Below are positions 40,061 to 50,624 of a stretch of DNA of 64,000 nucleotides, piece by piece. Numbering within the stretch: the first letter of the stretch is position 1; each line of letters opens with the position of its first letter. Both the position numbers and the translations under genes were made by a program. The notes below the pieces were generated by a model, which saw only the letters and a list, made by a program, of their open reading frames with translations, was not told the origin of the DNA and made no database searches. The stretch comes from Patescibacteria group bacterium (GTDB lineage Bacteria > Patescibacteriota > Patescibacteriia > UBA1558 > GWA2-36-10): assembly GCA_041665545.1 (NCBI GenBank), contig JBAYIQ010000004.1, forward strand, positions 18,132-82,131, given 5' to 3'.

Positions 40061-41950
40061 ATGAATTTTGTTAGTAAAATAAAATTGGCTATAGCCAAAC
40101 ATAGCCAAAGATATTTGTGGGTTAGCATTTTAGCTTTTATTTTGCTATTTACTTTTTTGGTTCTTAAGAAATATTATTATTTTGGCTACAATATTTCTGA
40201 TTTGGGAATTTTTAATCAAACCTTTTTTAATACTTTGCAGGGGCGCTGGTTTGCTGAAACTATTACTTTGAACAATTATCTAGCTGATCATTTTTCACCT
40301 GGCTTGATTTTTTTATTGCCATTTTACGCTATCAAGCCATCAGCTATTACTCTGTTAATTATTCAGGTAGTGATTACCGCCCTATGCGCTTGGCCAATTT
40401 ATCTTATTGCCAAAAAATATTCCAGCAATGTTATTTTCGCTTATGGTGCAGCTTTTTTGTGGCTGATTAATCCTTTTGTTCATCGTCAGGTGTTATTTGA
40501 GTTTCACATGTTGCACCTGATGGTCTTTTTATTTTTTTGGGCTTTTTATTTTTATCAACAAAAAAAGATTAAGTGGTTTGTATTATTTTTTATTCTTACC
40601 CTACTTACTCGTGAAGATGCTGTTTTTTTATTTTTGGGTCTGGCCCTGTTTAATGTGCTAGAAAAAAGATCACTAAAGTTTAGTGTTAATATTTTTACTT
40701 GTTCACTAATATATTTTTTTGTGGCCACTTATATTATTCATTTGATTTCGCCAGCTGGTAGTTTCAAATTTTTGGTATATTATGATTGGCTAGGAGGCAA
40801 TAGTTTTGTTAGCATTATTTTTAATTGGTTAAAGCACCCTCTGGCCGTGCTTGGCCATATTTTTACCATAAATAATATTATTCTTATTTTTTATTATTTT
40901 TTGCCATTTCTTTTTATTCCTTTTTTAGCCAAGAAATATTTACTTTTGTCATTAGTTCCATTTTCGCTATATCTGATGAAGAACGGCGGTATCAATGGTG
41001 TCCAGTTACAAACGCATTATGTCATGTTTTTGATGCCCGGAATTTTCTTGGCCTATATTTTTGGGCTTTGGGGTATATTTAGTAAAAAAAATGATCGAAA
41101 ATTAAGATTGGTTTATAAGCACCAGCCGTTTTTTATTGCTTTATTTATTTTTTCGATTTTATTTTTTTTGATATTTGACACACCCATTCCTTCATTATTT
41201 AGCAAGAAATTTTTACCAAATTATCACCAAGATCGGCAAAAAATAATTGACTTGATTCCACCCCAGTCAGCAGTATGCGCCGATTCATCATTTTTGCCGG
41301 CCCTGAGCTTACGCGAGAAGCTTTATAATATTGATTATGCTTATTATGGCAAAACAATATTTGCGGAAAGAGATTTTAGCTTGCCAAAAGTAGACTATAT
41401 ATTGATGGACATGAGCCAGTTTATTTCCACCAAAAATGACAGTAATGGTCCACTGTATTGGAAGCACGGTGATCCGCTGACTATGCCGGATCGTTGGGGG
41501 GCTGTTTTGGCAGATTATGATTTGACTTATGCTCAAGACAATATTTTTTTGTGGCAGAGCAAAGATGCTTTTGTTAGAAAAAGCTTGCCGTATTTTGAGC
41601 TTAGACCAGTGGAGGGCGGAGAAGGTGATCTGCTCACAAATTGGTCATTGACCCAGTCGGCTGAGGCGCAGATATTGAAAATAAATTACAACAAGTTGGA
41701 CACCAATTATTATTTAGTTAGATTTTATCAGAATGATCAATACTGGGAAACACTTTTTGATTATGGGCTTTACTCAAAAGCGCAAAATGAAGCTGGTCAA
41801 ACAGCAACAGTTTATTATTATTTAAACAGTGCAGTGGATTCTTTTGAGATTTATCATTATGAAAGTCGCAATGTTTTGGGTGACTGGAGTAATCTTGGTC
41901 TGCTTATCAAAAGAGAAAAAGTATTTGATAGGACTTATTTTAGTAAATAA
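40061..41950 (+). CDS. DUF2079-like membrane protein (GT-C-type glycosyltransferase)
   Basis: DLGIFNQ, LADHFSP, FEFH, LLTRED; multi-TM. Confidence 0.75.
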   Translation: MNFVSKIKLAIAKHSQRYLWVSILAFILLFTFLVLKKYYYFGYNISDLGIFNQTFFNTLQGRWFAETITLNNYLADHFSPGLIFLLPFYAIKPSAITLLIIQVVITALCAWPIYLIAKKYSSNVIFAYGAAFLWLINPFVHRQVLFEFHMLHLMVFLFFWAFYFYQQKKIKWFVLFFILTLLTREDAVFLFLGLALFNVLEKRSLKFSVNIFTCSLIYFFVATYIIHLISPAGSFKFLVYYDWLGGNSFVSIIFNWLKHPLAVLGHIFTINNIILIFYYFLPFLFIPFLAKKYLLLSLVPFSLYLMKNGGINGVQLQTHYVMFLMPGIFLAYIFGLWGIFSKKNDRKLRLVYKHQPFFIALFIFSILFFLIFDTPIPSLFSKKFLPNYHQDRQKIIDLIPPQSAVCADSSFLPALSLREKLYNIDYAYYGKTIFAERDFSLPKVDYILMDMSQFISTKNDSNGPLYWKHGDPLTMPDRWGAVLADYDLTYAQDNIFLWQSKDAFVRKSLPYFELRPVEGGEGDLLTNWSLTQSAEAQILKINYNKLDTNYYLVRFYQNDQYWETLFDYGLYSKAQNEAGQTATVYYYLNSAVDSFEIYHYESRNVLGDWSNLGLLIKREKVFDRTYFSK

Positions 41951-41954
41951 TCAA

Positions 41955-43556
41955 CTAGTAAGTTATTTTATAAATTAGAAAATATTTATCTTCATAAGAC
42001 AGGGAAATATTCCGGTCTTTTTTTATATTGGCAATCAGGTTTTCGTGTCGATTTTTTTCCACGAAAATATAGCTACTCTTGAAATTACTTTTAATTTCCC
42101 AAGCCAAGTTGTCTTTTAGGTCACCCCTGGCGATATCAATGTATTTTTTTTGTAAATCAGGATGCGAAAAATACATAAAAGAAAAGTCTAAACCAACAAT
42201 GTAATAATTGTGGTCGTTATAATAAAAAAGCATTGGCCACTCATCCCAATCTTCGTGAAAGACTATACTATTTTTGGGGGTATTATTTTTTAACCAATTA
42301 GCGCTTGGCTGATAGCGATCAATTGGGAGATCTTTAGGCGTTTTGGTATCCAAGATTTTTTTGTAAATATTTGGTTGCGCAAGAATACAAAAAATAGCTA
42401 AATAAATTAGCAAGAAAGTTTTTTGCCACCTCAGTAGAGATTTGAAATACTTAGTAATTGTTTTAAGGCCAATTTTTTTTATAATATCGGTCCAAGCGCT
42501 GGCTGTAAAAATTAATAAAAAAGGCAGATAATATTCAATAAAACGATATGATTTTATGGTCAATAACAAAAATAAAAAACTTAGTAAAAAACTGAACCAG
42601 CTCAAATGGCTTATTTTTTTGTAGTTGAAAAACAAAATTATTATAGCAATTACCCCTAGGATAAAAAAATAGTCTCCCGCAGAGATTACTTGCGGAATTG
42701 AGCGACCATACCACTCACCGCCAACGGAAAAAAGATAGCCATAGTTGATGACGCCAATTAGAAAAAATTGCTCGTAATAAAACTTTAAATTGTGGGGGAA
42801 ATAGGGGTTGATTATTACTCCTGCTAATAAACCACCCACCAAGAATAGCAAGGTTTTTTTATCAGCAATGAATTTATTTTTATCATCCCAAGATATGAGC
42901 AGGCGTTGGTGAAAAAGCTTGATTTTTTTGTGGTGTATAAAATCATAAATAGCCGTAGCCAGCAAAAAAATAAGGCCTATTAACATGGCGATTGGCCAGC
43001 CACCATATAGCCAGACAAAAAGAAAACACAGAATGAAAATTAGCCAGCGTTTTTTGTAATATAAGGCATAAATTAAAAAACAGACAAATATTAAAGACAA
43101 GCTATTTACCTTGATTAAGGTCAGGCGAAAAGTAAGGTCAGGCAAGCTGATGAGTAAAAAAGTCCACAGCCATGGCCAGATAATACTTAGCTTTTTAAAC
43201 AGCCAGTAGAAAGTGAGTCCCATTAAAGCGGCAAAAAATATTGTGGCCACCTTGACTCCGATTAGCGGTGATTGGATATAAGTAAAAGGCACTAATAATA
43301 AGTGATAAAGCAGGTGATGGTCAGTAAAGTGCTCAGTAATTGAGCTGTATTGCATCCACGGCAAGCTTTTGAGTAATATACCGTGTCTTAGGAAATCAGC
43401 CACCTTGGCGTGGTAAAAGCCGTCAGGATCGCCTATATAGCCACCCCACTGCAAACAAGCATAATAAAACGCTAAAACCAAAAAAATCAGCCAATAATCT
43501 AATTTGAGCTGGAAGAATATTTTTTTAAATTTTAGCCATTTTTCTTCAGCTGTCAT
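41955..43556 (-). CDS. Multi-TM GT-C-like membrane protein
   Basis: DPDGFYH, DHHLLYHLLL, NPYFP, GGEW, RFIEY. Confidence 0.65.
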   Translation of the reverse strand: MTAEEKWLKFKKIFFQLKLDYWLIFLVLAFYYACLQWGGYIGDPDGFYHAKVADFLRHGILLKSLPWMQYSSITEHFTDHHLLYHLLLVPFTYIQSPLIGVKVATIFFAALMGLTFYWLFKKLSIIWPWLWTFLLISLPDLTFRLTLIKVNSLSLIFVCFLIYALYYKKRWLIFILCFLFVWLYGGWPIAMLIGLIFLLATAIYDFIHHKKIKLFHQRLLISWDDKNKFIADKKTLLFLVGGLLAGVIINPYFPHNLKFYYEQFFLIGVINYGYLFSVGGEWYGRSIPQVISAGDYFFILGVIAIIILFFNYKKISHLSWFSFLLSFLFLLLTIKSYRFIEYYLPFLLIFTASAWTDIIKKIGLKTITKYFKSLLRWQKTFLLIYLAIFCILAQPNIYKKILDTKTPKDLPIDRYQPSANWLKNNTPKNSIVFHEDWDEWPMLFYYNDHNYYIVGLDFSFMYFSHPDLQKKYIDIARGDLKDNLAWEIKSNFKSSYIFVEKNRHENLIANIKKDRNISLSYEDKYFLIYKITY

Positions 43557-43609
43557 GGGTCAATTCTAGCAGAAAAAAAATAAACAATAAAGAAAAAATA
43601 TCTCCGCCC

Positions 43610-43655
43610 ATTCGATCTGGTTCGACTTCGCTCACCACAAGCCACTCAGGGCGTC
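43610..43655. repeat. REP-like element (TTCGAC...CTCAGGGCG type)
   Basis: TTCGATC-TGGTTCGACTTCGCTCACCACAAG-CCACTCAGGGCG, lying between two AAAATATCTCCGCC copies. Confidence 0.6.
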
Positions 43656-43659
43656 GATA

Positions 43660-43746
43660 ACAAAATATCTCCGCCAGGCATGGGCGCGGAGATATGGTAG
43701 TTTTGGGATATGGGCGTTTTGCTCAAGAGCAAGGAGTTTGTAACTG
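43660..43746 (-). ncRNA. Candidate small RNA
   Basis: Promoter TTGACT-17-TAAACT (43780-43752), about 85 nt without an ORF, terminator ATATCTCCGC...GCGGAGATAT-TTT. Confidence 0.45.
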
Positions 43747-43859
43747 CTTCTAGTTTATTATTATTCAAAAGCGAAGTCAAGTGCATAAGTAAAAATGGTT
43801 GATTTTTTACCCCAATATTGTTAAGATACCTACATAAATTAAGATTATATTTTTCTTTT

Positions 43860-44564
43860 ATGAGCGGACATTCCAAGTGGGCAACAACCAAAAGAGCCAA
43901 ATCAGCCATTGACGCTAAGCGGGGCAATATTTTTACTAAATTGTCCAAAAATATCACCATTGCTGCCAGGAGCGGTGTTGATCCGGAAACAAATTTTAAA
44001 TTGCGCATTGCCATTGATAAGGCCAGGGGTTTTAATATGCCCAAAGACAATATTGAGCGGGCTGTCAAAAGAGCCACCGGAATAGGTGGTGATAGCAATA
44101 TTGAAAATTTATTGTACGAAGCTTATGGTCCAGAGGGAGTCGCTATATTGATAGAAGCCATTACTGATAATAAAAACCGAGCCGTGGCTACTCTCAAGCA
44201 GTCATTGGGAAAACACGACGGTAGCTTGGCCGGCAGTGGTAGCGTGTTGTGGATGTTTGATATGAGAGGCGAGATAATTTTGAATAAAAAAAACCTCAAT
44301 GAGCAAGAGGAACTGCAAGTCATTGAAATGGGTATTATTGATGTTGTCAATGAAGAACCAGTCAAGCTGATTACAGAAATAAATGACTTAGAAAAAATAA
44401 AAAATAATTTGCAAGCCAAGGGTTTTGAAATCAGTTCTTCGGAAATGGTTTATTTATCAAAAAATAAAGTAGAAGTAAAGGATAGTGAAAAATTGATAAA
44501 ATTATTGGATGAATTAGACGAGCTGGATGATGTCAACAACATCTACACCAACGCCAATATATAA
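43860..44564 (+). CDS. yebC: YebC/PmpR-family protein
   Basis: MSGHSKWA, NMPKDNIERA, YEAYGP, TDNKNR. Confidence 0.93.
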   Translation: MSGHSKWATTKRAKSAIDAKRGNIFTKLSKNITIAARSGVDPETNFKLRIAIDKARGFNMPKDNIERAVKRATGIGGDSNIENLLYEAYGPEGVAILIEAITDNKNRAVATLKQSLGKHDGSLAGSGSVLWMFDMRGEIILNKKNLNEQEELQVIEMGIIDVVNEEPVKLITEINDLEKIKNNLQAKGFEISSSEMVYLSKNKVEVKDSEKLIKLLDELDELDDVNNIYTNANI

Positions 44565-44567
44565 ATC

Positions 44568-45062
44568 ATGACAAAAAAATTTACTATTTTAGGATTTGAT
44601 CCGGGTCTGGCTGATACTGGTTTTGGTGTGATTTGTCGGGAAAACAATAAATTGCAGTATTTGACCTGTGGTAGTATAAAAACCAGAGCTGGGGAAAGTT
44701 TTTCTAGCCGAATATTGGAGATATATCAAGAAGTGAGTGGATTGCTTGGGGAATATAAACCAGATTTGGTGGCTGTAGAAAAGCTTTTTTTTGCCAAAAA
44801 CACTAAGACAGCCATTGATGTCAGTCAGGCCAGAGGAGTGCTGTTGCTAGCCATCGTTGAGCAGAAAAAAACTTTGGTAGAACTGACGCCTTTGCAGGTG
44901 AAGCAGGCAGTGACTGGCTCGGGGCAGGCCAGTAAACGGCAGATTGGTGTCATGGTCAAGACTTTGCTACAGTTATCAGCCGTGCCAAAGTCCGATGATG
45001 CGGCCGATGCTTTGGCCATTGCTATTGCTGGCGCTTCGTTTAATACATTGTTAAGAAAATAA
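44568..45062 (+). CDS. ruvC: Holliday junction resolvase RuvC
   Basis: ILGFDPGLA, VEKLFF, QARGV, DDAADALAIA. Confidence 0.96.
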   Translation: MTKKFTILGFDPGLADTGFGVICRENNKLQYLTCGSIKTRAGESFSSRILEIYQEVSGLLGEYKPDLVAVEKLFFAKNTKTAIDVSQARGVLLLAIVEQKKTLVELTPLQVKQAVTGSGQASKRQIGVMVKTLLQLSAVPKSDDAADALAIAIAGASFNTLLRK

Positions 45063-45076
45063 TTTATCCTATTAGG

Positions 45077-46555
45077 ATGAAAAAATTAAAAATAGTTTCA
45101 ATTTCAGCCGAGGTCCATCCCTATTCCAAGACCGGTGGTTTGGGTGATGTAGCTAGATCACTGCCCAAGGCCTTTCATCGTTTGGGGCACGAGGTTATTA
45201 TTATCACTCCGTTTTATGCTAAGGTCATAGATCAGGGAAAGTTTAAGATTGAAAAAATTTTTAGCGATGTCAAATTAAGTATTGATGCCGAAAATGAAGA
45301 ATCGGTCAGCTACTATCGCACCGAATTATTGTCCGGATTGAAAGTATATCTTATTGGTAATGAAAAATATTTTTCTCGTCACAAAAAATTATATGGTTCG
45401 GAGCACGAAAATGCCCGTTTTTATCTTTTTGACATAGCGGCTCTCAAGTTGATATCGTTGTTAAAATTTAAAGCGGACATTATTCATTGTCACGACTGGC
45501 ACTCAGGACTAGTGCCCTATTTGAAACAAAATCGTTTCAAAAAAAGCGAAACACTGTCTAAGGCGGCCACGGTTTATACTATTCATAATTTAGTATTTCA
45601 GCTGGGGCACAATTGGTGGGAAGTGCCAGAGAAATATAAGGACAAAGGAGTCAAATCTTTGCCACTATTTGATGATAAAAAAATTGAGTATATCAATTTT
45701 GCTAAGCGGGGCATTCTCAATGCCGATGTTATCAACACGGTTTCCGAAACTTACGCCGAAGAAATATTGCGACCAAGTTTTGGACAGGATTTACATCGTA
45801 TTTTGAGGAACAGAAAAGAAAATTTATTTGGCATCGTCAATGGTATTGATTACAAGGATTATAATCCCATCAACGATCCTAATTTGGTGCTGAATTATGA
45901 TCACAAAAAAATTCAACGAAAAAAAGTGAACAAAGAGCACATCCAAAAATTATTTAATCTTAAAGTTGATCAAGATGCGCCAGTGTTGTGCACCACTTCG
46001 CGAGTCACTTACCAGAAGGGTTTTGAATTAATATTGAATACCATCAATAATATCATGGATATGGGTGCTCAGCTGATTGTCATCGGCGCTGGTGATAAAA
46101 GCTACATCAATGAATTCATGAAGCTGGCCAAAAAGTATCCCAAACAATTGGCAGTCATACCCTCACACAAGGAAAACCAAAAATATGAGACTTTAGTTTA
46201 TGCTGGCTCAGATATGTTTTTATTGCCTTCACACCATGAGCCCTGTGGCATCAACCAGCTTATTAGTTTTCGTTATGGTTGCGTACCCATTGTCAGGCAA
46301 ACTGGTGGCTTGAATGACACGGTAGAAAATTTTGAACCAAACAATGAAGCCAGTAATGGTTTTACTTTCAAAAATTACGATCAAAAAGAATTTTTGATTG
46401 CCTTGACTAGGGCCTTGGAAACCTACAAACATAAGAAGGTCTGGCGCGACTTGGCTTGTCGTGGCATGAAGGCCTCCTATTCCTGGGAAATACCAGCCAA
46501 AGAATATTTAGAACTTTATCAGCACGCCATTAAGATAAAAAATGATTCCCGTTAG
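45077..46555 (+). CDS. glgA: Glycogen/starch synthase (GT5), copy 1
   Basis: KTGGLGDV, HCHDWH, TIHNL, NGID, EPCG, TGGL. Confidence 0.92.
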   Translation: MKKLKIVSISAEVHPYSKTGGLGDVARSLPKAFHRLGHEVIIITPFYAKVIDQGKFKIEKIFSDVKLSIDAENEESVSYYRTELLSGLKVYLIGNEKYFSRHKKLYGSEHENARFYLFDIAALKLISLLKFKADIIHCHDWHSGLVPYLKQNRFKKSETLSKAATVYTIHNLVFQLGHNWWEVPEKYKDKGVKSLPLFDDKKIEYINFAKRGILNADVINTVSETYAEEILRPSFGQDLHRILRNRKENLFGIVNGIDYKDYNPINDPNLVLNYDHKKIQRKKVNKEHIQKLFNLKVDQDAPVLCTTSRVTYQKGFELILNTINNIMDMGAQLIVIGAGDKSYINEFMKLAKKYPKQLAVIPSHKENQKYETLVYAGSDMFLLPSHHEPCGINQLISFRYGCVPIVRQTGGLNDTVENFEPNNEASNGFTFKNYDQKEFLIALTRALETYKHKKVWRDLACRGMKASYSWEIPAKEYLELYQHAIKIKNDSR

Positions 46556-46627
46556 AAATTTTCGATATCTAGCGGGTAGATAGGCATATTTTTTAATGAA
46601 TAAATTTTACGATAATTTCTAACGGGA
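46547..46627. mobile_element. MITE-like element at the glgA/GH57 junction
   Basis: TCCCGTTAGAAATT...AATTTCTAACGGGA; supplies the TAG stop upstream and the A of ATG downstream. Confidence 0.75.
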
Positions 46628-47778
46628 TGAAAAAGATAACTTGGGTTAATTTTTTACACATCTACCAGCCACCATGGCAGACAGTCGGAGTGGTACAGCA
46701 GATAGCTAGTCAGAGCTACGAGTACTTGGTTTATCTTTTTAAAAAATATTCAAAATATCGAGCCACTATAAATATTAGTGGGTGTTTGCTGGACATGCTT
46801 TTCGAAATTCGACCAGACTTGGTCAAAGAATTGCAAAAATTGGTGAGTAATAAACAAATTGAATTAACAGCCACAGCTAAATTTCATCCGCTTTTGCCAC
46901 TGCTTGAGCAAGAAGAAGTAATTAGGCAAATACAATTGAACGCCGAGACCTTAAAAAAGTTTTTTCCCAATTTGAAGCCAAGTGGTTTTTATTTGCCGGA
47001 AATGGCTTACAGCTTAGGGGTGGCAAAGATTATTAAACAATTAGGTTATAAATGGATAATATTAGACCCAATATGCGCTAATGAAAAAATTGATAATAAT
47101 ACACATTACAGTATTAAAAATATTGGGTTGACAGTTGTTTTTCGCGATAGAATAATATCAAAAAAATATCCAGCTGAAGAAATTTATAATAAACTAGAGA
47201 AACTAACAGCCAATGAAACAATAATTACAGCTACTGATGGTGAAATATACGGTCATCACCATGAAGATTGGCAAGGACATATTGAAAAAGTGATTTCTCA
47301 TAAAGATTTGGAAAGCAAAACAGTGTCTCAATATATACTTGGGTTAGTCAAGAAAAAAACCATTGCCTTGCGCTCCGGAACTTGGGAGTCGACCTTACAG
47401 GAGATAAAAGCTGATAAGCCATTTGTCATGTGGGCGGATCCGCATAATAAAATTCAGCAAGATTTGTGGGCCTTAGTTAATTTGGCCAGTAAATTGCTAA
47501 AAAAATACAAAAAAGATCCAAATTTTCAATGGGCCAGAATGCACCTTGATCAGGGTTTGATTTCTTGTACTTTTTGGTGGGCTTCGGCTCGTAAACCATC
47601 AGACTTTTCACCGCTGACTTGGCATCCGGACATGATTGACAATGGCGTGGAAGAGTTGGTGCGTAGTGTGCGCTCTTTACAACGAGCAACAACTAAAGAA
47701 AAAATGCAGGCCGAGAAGTTATATCTAGAAGTTAAAAAAAATACCTGGATGACTCATTGGAAAAAATATAGCAAATAA
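46627..47778 (+). CDS. Glycoside hydrolase family 57 protein
   Basis: FLHIYQP, HPLLPL, GFYLPEMAY (Glu nucleophile), TDGEIYGHH. Confidence 0.85.
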   Translation: MKKITWVNFLHIYQPPWQTVGVVQQIASQSYEYLVYLFKKYSKYRATINISGCLLDMLFEIRPDLVKELQKLVSNKQIELTATAKFHPLLPLLEQEEVIRQIQLNAETLKKFFPNLKPSGFYLPEMAYSLGVAKIIKQLGYKWIILDPICANEKIDNNTHYSIKNIGLTVVFRDRIISKKYPAEEIYNKLEKLTANETIITATDGEIYGHHHEDWQGHIEKVISHKDLESKTVSQYILGLVKKKTIALRSGTWESTLQEIKADKPFVMWADPHNKIQQDLWALVNLASKLLKKYKKDPNFQWARMHLDQGLISCTFWWASARKPSDFSPLTWHPDMIDNGVEELVRSVRSLQRATTKEKMQAEKLYLEVKKNTWMTHWKKYSK

Positions 47779-47784
47779 TATTTA

Positions 47785-48045
47785 TCCCGTTGCAAATTCA
47801 CTACACAATGTAACGGGCAAAAATAGGAATTAGAAATAATTGTTTTACCTTTATTTTTTTAAACATTTTATCAAATAATTTGCAACGGGATGGATCCAGT
47901 TAGAAATTCACGATATTTAGCCATTGTGGTAAGGTGTAGTGGTATAAGATAAATTTACATTACCACATAAGAGACAAGCTAATGCTTAGAAACAATTATT
48001 TTACTTTAATTTTTTAAATATTTTATTAGATAATTTGTAACTGGA
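47785..48045. mobile_element. Two tandem MITE-like elements (47785-47890 and 47895-48045)
   Basis: TCCCGTTGCAAATT...AATTTGCAACGGGA and TCCAGTTAGAAATT...AATTTGTAACTGGA; the second is flanked by TGGA on both sides. Confidence 0.75.
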
Positions 48046-49106
48046 TGGAAATCACAAGCATCAAACGATACATGGACAAATTGCTGAACTTGGATTTTAT
48101 TACTACTTTGTTTAATCAAGGTCTTAATAAATTTTATCCAGATTTCAAGCAAGTGGATGGTCTGGTTTTTCACCCCTACAAGCGCCATGTTGGCAAAACC
48201 AGCATGATAATGGTGGTGGAATATGTCTTGAGTTATTTAACAATTGATGAAAAAATAAAAACAATCAGTCTATTTTCTTCAGCGCACTCGGACGGCTCTA
48301 GAACTAGGTCTTTTTATGGTCAAAGTTATTTATATGATCACGGTTTTGGTCAAGGCAATTTCTTAGTTGGTCGACCCCTGTTTTATCTTGATGAGCAGTT
48401 TGCCTTTTTTTATGAAGCAGTGCTGGGTCGTACTTTTCGTAAAGTTATGCAGGAAAAACCAAATGAAGATTTTTCCGTTATTTTGGATTTGGCAGCTAAG
48501 TGGATAAAAAAAATGCACGATTGTCCCATTGATAAAGAAAATAAATTTGTCTCTTTTGATTTCAGTGAAATGTCGCCCAAGCCACAAAGATTTTTGGATG
48601 ATATGACCAAAGTTTATCCAGAATTAGGTCAGCGTCTGGACAGCACCTTTCATCGTTTAGCTGATTTGAAGAAAAAAAATTTCAATACCTTTCCGGTGTC
48701 GATTATACACGGCGATTATCATCCAGAAAATATTATTGTAAAGAGCGCGGAGCCAGATAAAATAAAAGTTATTGACTTTACTGATTTATCTTTGGGTGAT
48801 CCTATGGTGGACTTGGGGTCATTCATCCAGCAGATAGATTTTATGGGCTTTGAGTGTTTGAGTAGAGGTAATATAAATAAGTATAAAACTATTTTTTTGG
48901 AATATTATTTTAATAAAAAATTTGAGGACATTGATATTAACGATTTAAACAGAATAAATTTGTATCAAGCTTGGGTAGTTTTGCGCACTACTTTGTTGCT
49001 TTTTTATGCTAAGTCAGCCAGTCACCCGCTTGGCGAGTTGATTGAAGAGATAGATCGCTACTTGAGCTTGGCGGAGGGCAGTCAAAGAAAAATAAACTTG
49101 TATTAA
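48045..49106 (+). CDS. APH/kinase-like phosphotransferase
   Basis: IHGDYHPENI, VIDF, GDPMVDLG. Confidence 0.8.
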   Translation: MEITSIKRYMDKLLNLDFITTLFNQGLNKFYPDFKQVDGLVFHPYKRHVGKTSMIMVVEYVLSYLTIDEKIKTISLFSSAHSDGSRTRSFYGQSYLYDHGFGQGNFLVGRPLFYLDEQFAFFYEAVLGRTFRKVMQEKPNEDFSVILDLAAKWIKKMHDCPIDKENKFVSFDFSEMSPKPQRFLDDMTKVYPELGQRLDSTFHRLADLKKKNFNTFPVSIIHGDYHPENIIVKSAEPDKIKVIDFTDLSLGDPMVDLGSFIQQIDFMGFECLSRGNINKYKTIFLEYYFNKKFEDIDINDLNRINLYQAWVVLRTTLLLFYAKSASHPLGELIEEIDRYLSLAEGSQRKINLY

Positions 49107-49115
49107 TTTTTAGCT

Positions 49116-50612
49116 ATGCCAAACAAAAATAAAACTAATACTACCAGCCAAGTGAAGCGAATAAAAATACTATTTTGCGCTGCCGAAGCCAACCCTCTAG
49201 CCAAGGTGGGTGGTTTGGCAGACGTGGTTGGTTCTCTGCCCAAAGCGCTCAATAAGATCGGCCTAGAAGTGCGCTTGATTTTGCCATATTATGCTGTCAT
49301 CAGAGGAAAATATAAAACCAAGTTAGTAAAAAAAGATTTGCCCATTAGCTTGGATGGTCAGCAACAGCGTTTTGATCTTTATCAAACTACATTGCCAAAT
49401 AGCAAAGTACCAGTGTATTTAGTCAAACACAAATTTTTTGATTATCCAGAAATATATTTTGGCACTAAAAAAATTAGTTTAAATAAAAGATTAATAGGCG
49501 ACGTCGAGCGCTATACTTTTTTTTCTAAGGCCGTGGTTGAGGTTATGAAAGCGCTCAATTGGCAAATAGACATAGTTCACTGCCATGATTGGCACACTGC
49601 TTTAGTGCCAACTTTCATTGATGAATACTCGGTGAAATATAGTAGTTTTCCCAATACCAAGACACTGCTGACTATACACAATTTAGCTAATCAAGGTCTT
49701 AGCCCTTTGGACATATTAGACTACGCTGGTTTGCATCACGATCTGACTCCGGCCGTGATGGAAGATTATTATGATCAAGATGGTCAGATTTTGGATTTGA
49801 TGAAAATCGGCATTTTGTCGGCTGACCACATAAATACGGTCAGTCCCAGCTATGCCCAAGAAATATTGACCAAGCAATATGGCGAGCATTTGGAAAAGTA
49901 TTTACTGAGGCGCCATAAAAATCTTAGTGGTATAGTCAATGGTATTGATGTTGATTTTTTTGATCCCAATAAAGACAAATTAATTTATCAAAAATATAAT
50001 TACAAAAATTTTGGAACTGGCAAGAAAACAAATAAACAAAAATTACAAAAATCTCTGGACTTAAGCCCTGATCAGAGCGTACCGCTATTTGGTCTGGTGA
50101 CACGCCTATTTAAGCAAAAGGGTTTGGACATTATACTTCCGGCCATTGAAGAGCTTTTGAAAAAAACCAAGTTTCAACTAGTGGTCTTAGGTTCTGGCCA
50201 AGCAGAGTATGAAAAAGCTTTGCAAAATTTGCAAATCAAATACCCAAAAACAGTGGCTGTCAAAATTGGCTTTGATGCTCGTTTGGCGCAAAAAATTTAC
50301 GCAGCTTCGGATTTTTTCTTAATGCCTTCTTTTTTTGAGCCCTGTGGCTTGGGACAGATGATTGCCATGCGCTATGGCTCTATACCCATTGTCAGGGCAA
50401 CTGGCGGTCTCAAAGACACAGTCACCAGCCAGAGCGGTTTGGTTTTCAAAAATTATAGCCAAAGCGAATTACAAAGAATGATTAAAAAAGCCCTAAGACT
50501 ATATAGCGCCCCTCGGATGTTTAATGGTATGGTAAAATACGATATGCAGTTGGATTTTTCTTGGAAAAAATCAGCCCTCGCTTACCAAAAACTTTATCAA
50601 AAATTAATTTAG
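49116..50612 (+). CDS. glgA: Glycogen/starch synthase (GT5), copy 2
   Basis: KVGGLADV, HCHDWH, TVSPSYA, FEPCGLGQM, TGGLKDTV. Confidence 0.92.
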   Translation: MPNKNKTNTTSQVKRIKILFCAAEANPLAKVGGLADVVGSLPKALNKIGLEVRLILPYYAVIRGKYKTKLVKKDLPISLDGQQQRFDLYQTTLPNSKVPVYLVKHKFFDYPEIYFGTKKISLNKRLIGDVERYTFFSKAVVEVMKALNWQIDIVHCHDWHTALVPTFIDEYSVKYSSFPNTKTLLTIHNLANQGLSPLDILDYAGLHHDLTPAVMEDYYDQDGQILDLMKIGILSADHINTVSPSYAQEILTKQYGEHLEKYLLRRHKNLSGIVNGIDVDFFDPNKDKLIYQKYNYKNFGTGKKTNKQKLQKSLDLSPDQSVPLFGLVTRLFKQKGLDIILPAIEELLKKTKFQLVVLGSGQAEYEKALQNLQIKYPKTVAVKIGFDARLAQKIYAASDFFLMPSFFEPCGLGQMIAMRYGSIPIVRATGGLKDTVTSQSGLVFKNYSQSELQRMIKKALRLYSAPRMFNGMVKYDMQLDFSWKKSALAYQKLYQKLI

Positions 50613-50624
50613 CCGGATACAAAT

